Source of the DNA: a virus
Virus record (IMG/VR): IMGVR_UViG_3300049595_001870
Location: 1-64,000 of that record
Reading direction: 5' to 3' (one strand)
Length of the DNA: 64,000 nucleotides
Part shown: piece by piece, positions 63,762-64,000 of the stretch
Layout: each line of letters opens with the position of its first letter
Numbering within the stretch: position 1 is the stretch's first letter
Notes under the pieces: model-generated
What the model was told of the DNA's origin: nothing
Seen by the model: the letters and a program-made list of their open reading frames with translations, nothing else
The model's database searches: none
Made by a program: the position numbers and the translations under genes

Positions 63762-64000
63762 ATCGGGATGCCGCTATCGGCGCGTCGTCGCCGAGGTCTT
63801 CGATGGCAAGACGCAGGAAGTCGGGGTCTTCCGCCATGCAGACCACCTGATCGGCCTCTGCCAGACTGATCTTCCAGAACCCTGGCTGGCGGGTCAGCTT
63901 CTTGATCGACCGGCACATTGCGTTCAAAACCGCGCGTGCAAAGTACGCCTTGGGATACGGCAACCGCTTGGGATCGTACGTGCGGGCGGCTTTGACGATG
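63583..64000 (-). CDS. sigma-70 family factor, copy B (5' end beyond window)
   Basis: KAARTYDPKRLPYPKAYFARAVLNAM...MTLRQIA, homologous to 5365-5982. Confidence 0.8.
   Translation of the reverse strand, partial: IVKAARTYDPKRLPYPKAYFARAVLNAMCRSIKKLTRQPGFWKISLAEADQVVCMAEDPDFLRLAIEDLGDDAPIAASRFIEGMTLRQIAAEHEVSLRVASVRARALARTLSERLGIQLRLPGPASADRPGRSSPGSP

Noticed and set aside
59837-64000. Terminal redundancy or circular overlap with the window start
   Set aside because: Copies share only short identical patches, and gene content and order differ.
1-64000. Alternative genetic code or stop-codon reassignment
   Set aside because: Core genes are full-length under code 11, and TGA, TAG and TAA all end genes.

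Overview
The window is entirely phage DNA: a GC-rich, podovirus-like Caudoviricetes element with no recognisable host genes. Layout: (i) 1-4.8 kb, a + strand array of small early genes ending in a serine recombinase; (ii) 5.4-19.3 kb, a - strand block with a sigma-70-type factor, a membrane-protein/protease cassette (papain C1 plus subtilisin S8), a nuclease cluster, SF2 helicase, SSB, ERF and an exonuclease; (iii) a lone + strand tyrosine recombinase; (iv) 20.4-53.0 kb, a - strand virion block (ejection-type proteins, tail tubular/adaptor, fibres, portal, terminases, a glycosyltransferase-methyltransferase fusion, major capsid, scaffold, an ART-like domain, a Cys-rich protein); (v) 53.1-54.7 kb, a repeat-rich divergent control region; (vi) 54.5-62.9 kb, a second early-gene array followed by a second serine recombinase and a second sigma factor. 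The last ~4 kb is a diverged, reshuffled homologue of the first ~6 kb at an offset of ~58-59 kb. So one complete ~59 kb genome unit appears joined head-to-tail to a related but non-identical unit, either as a real tandem or as an assembly chimera. The strongest candidates for new biology are a possible protease-based lysis cassette (no recognisable endolysin), the cassette-like early arrays with fixed junction motifs, and a conserved micropeptide-recombinase-antisense-sigma module. Functional calls come from motifs read by eye; no searches were run. A Planctomycetota host is a low-confidence recollection-based guess.
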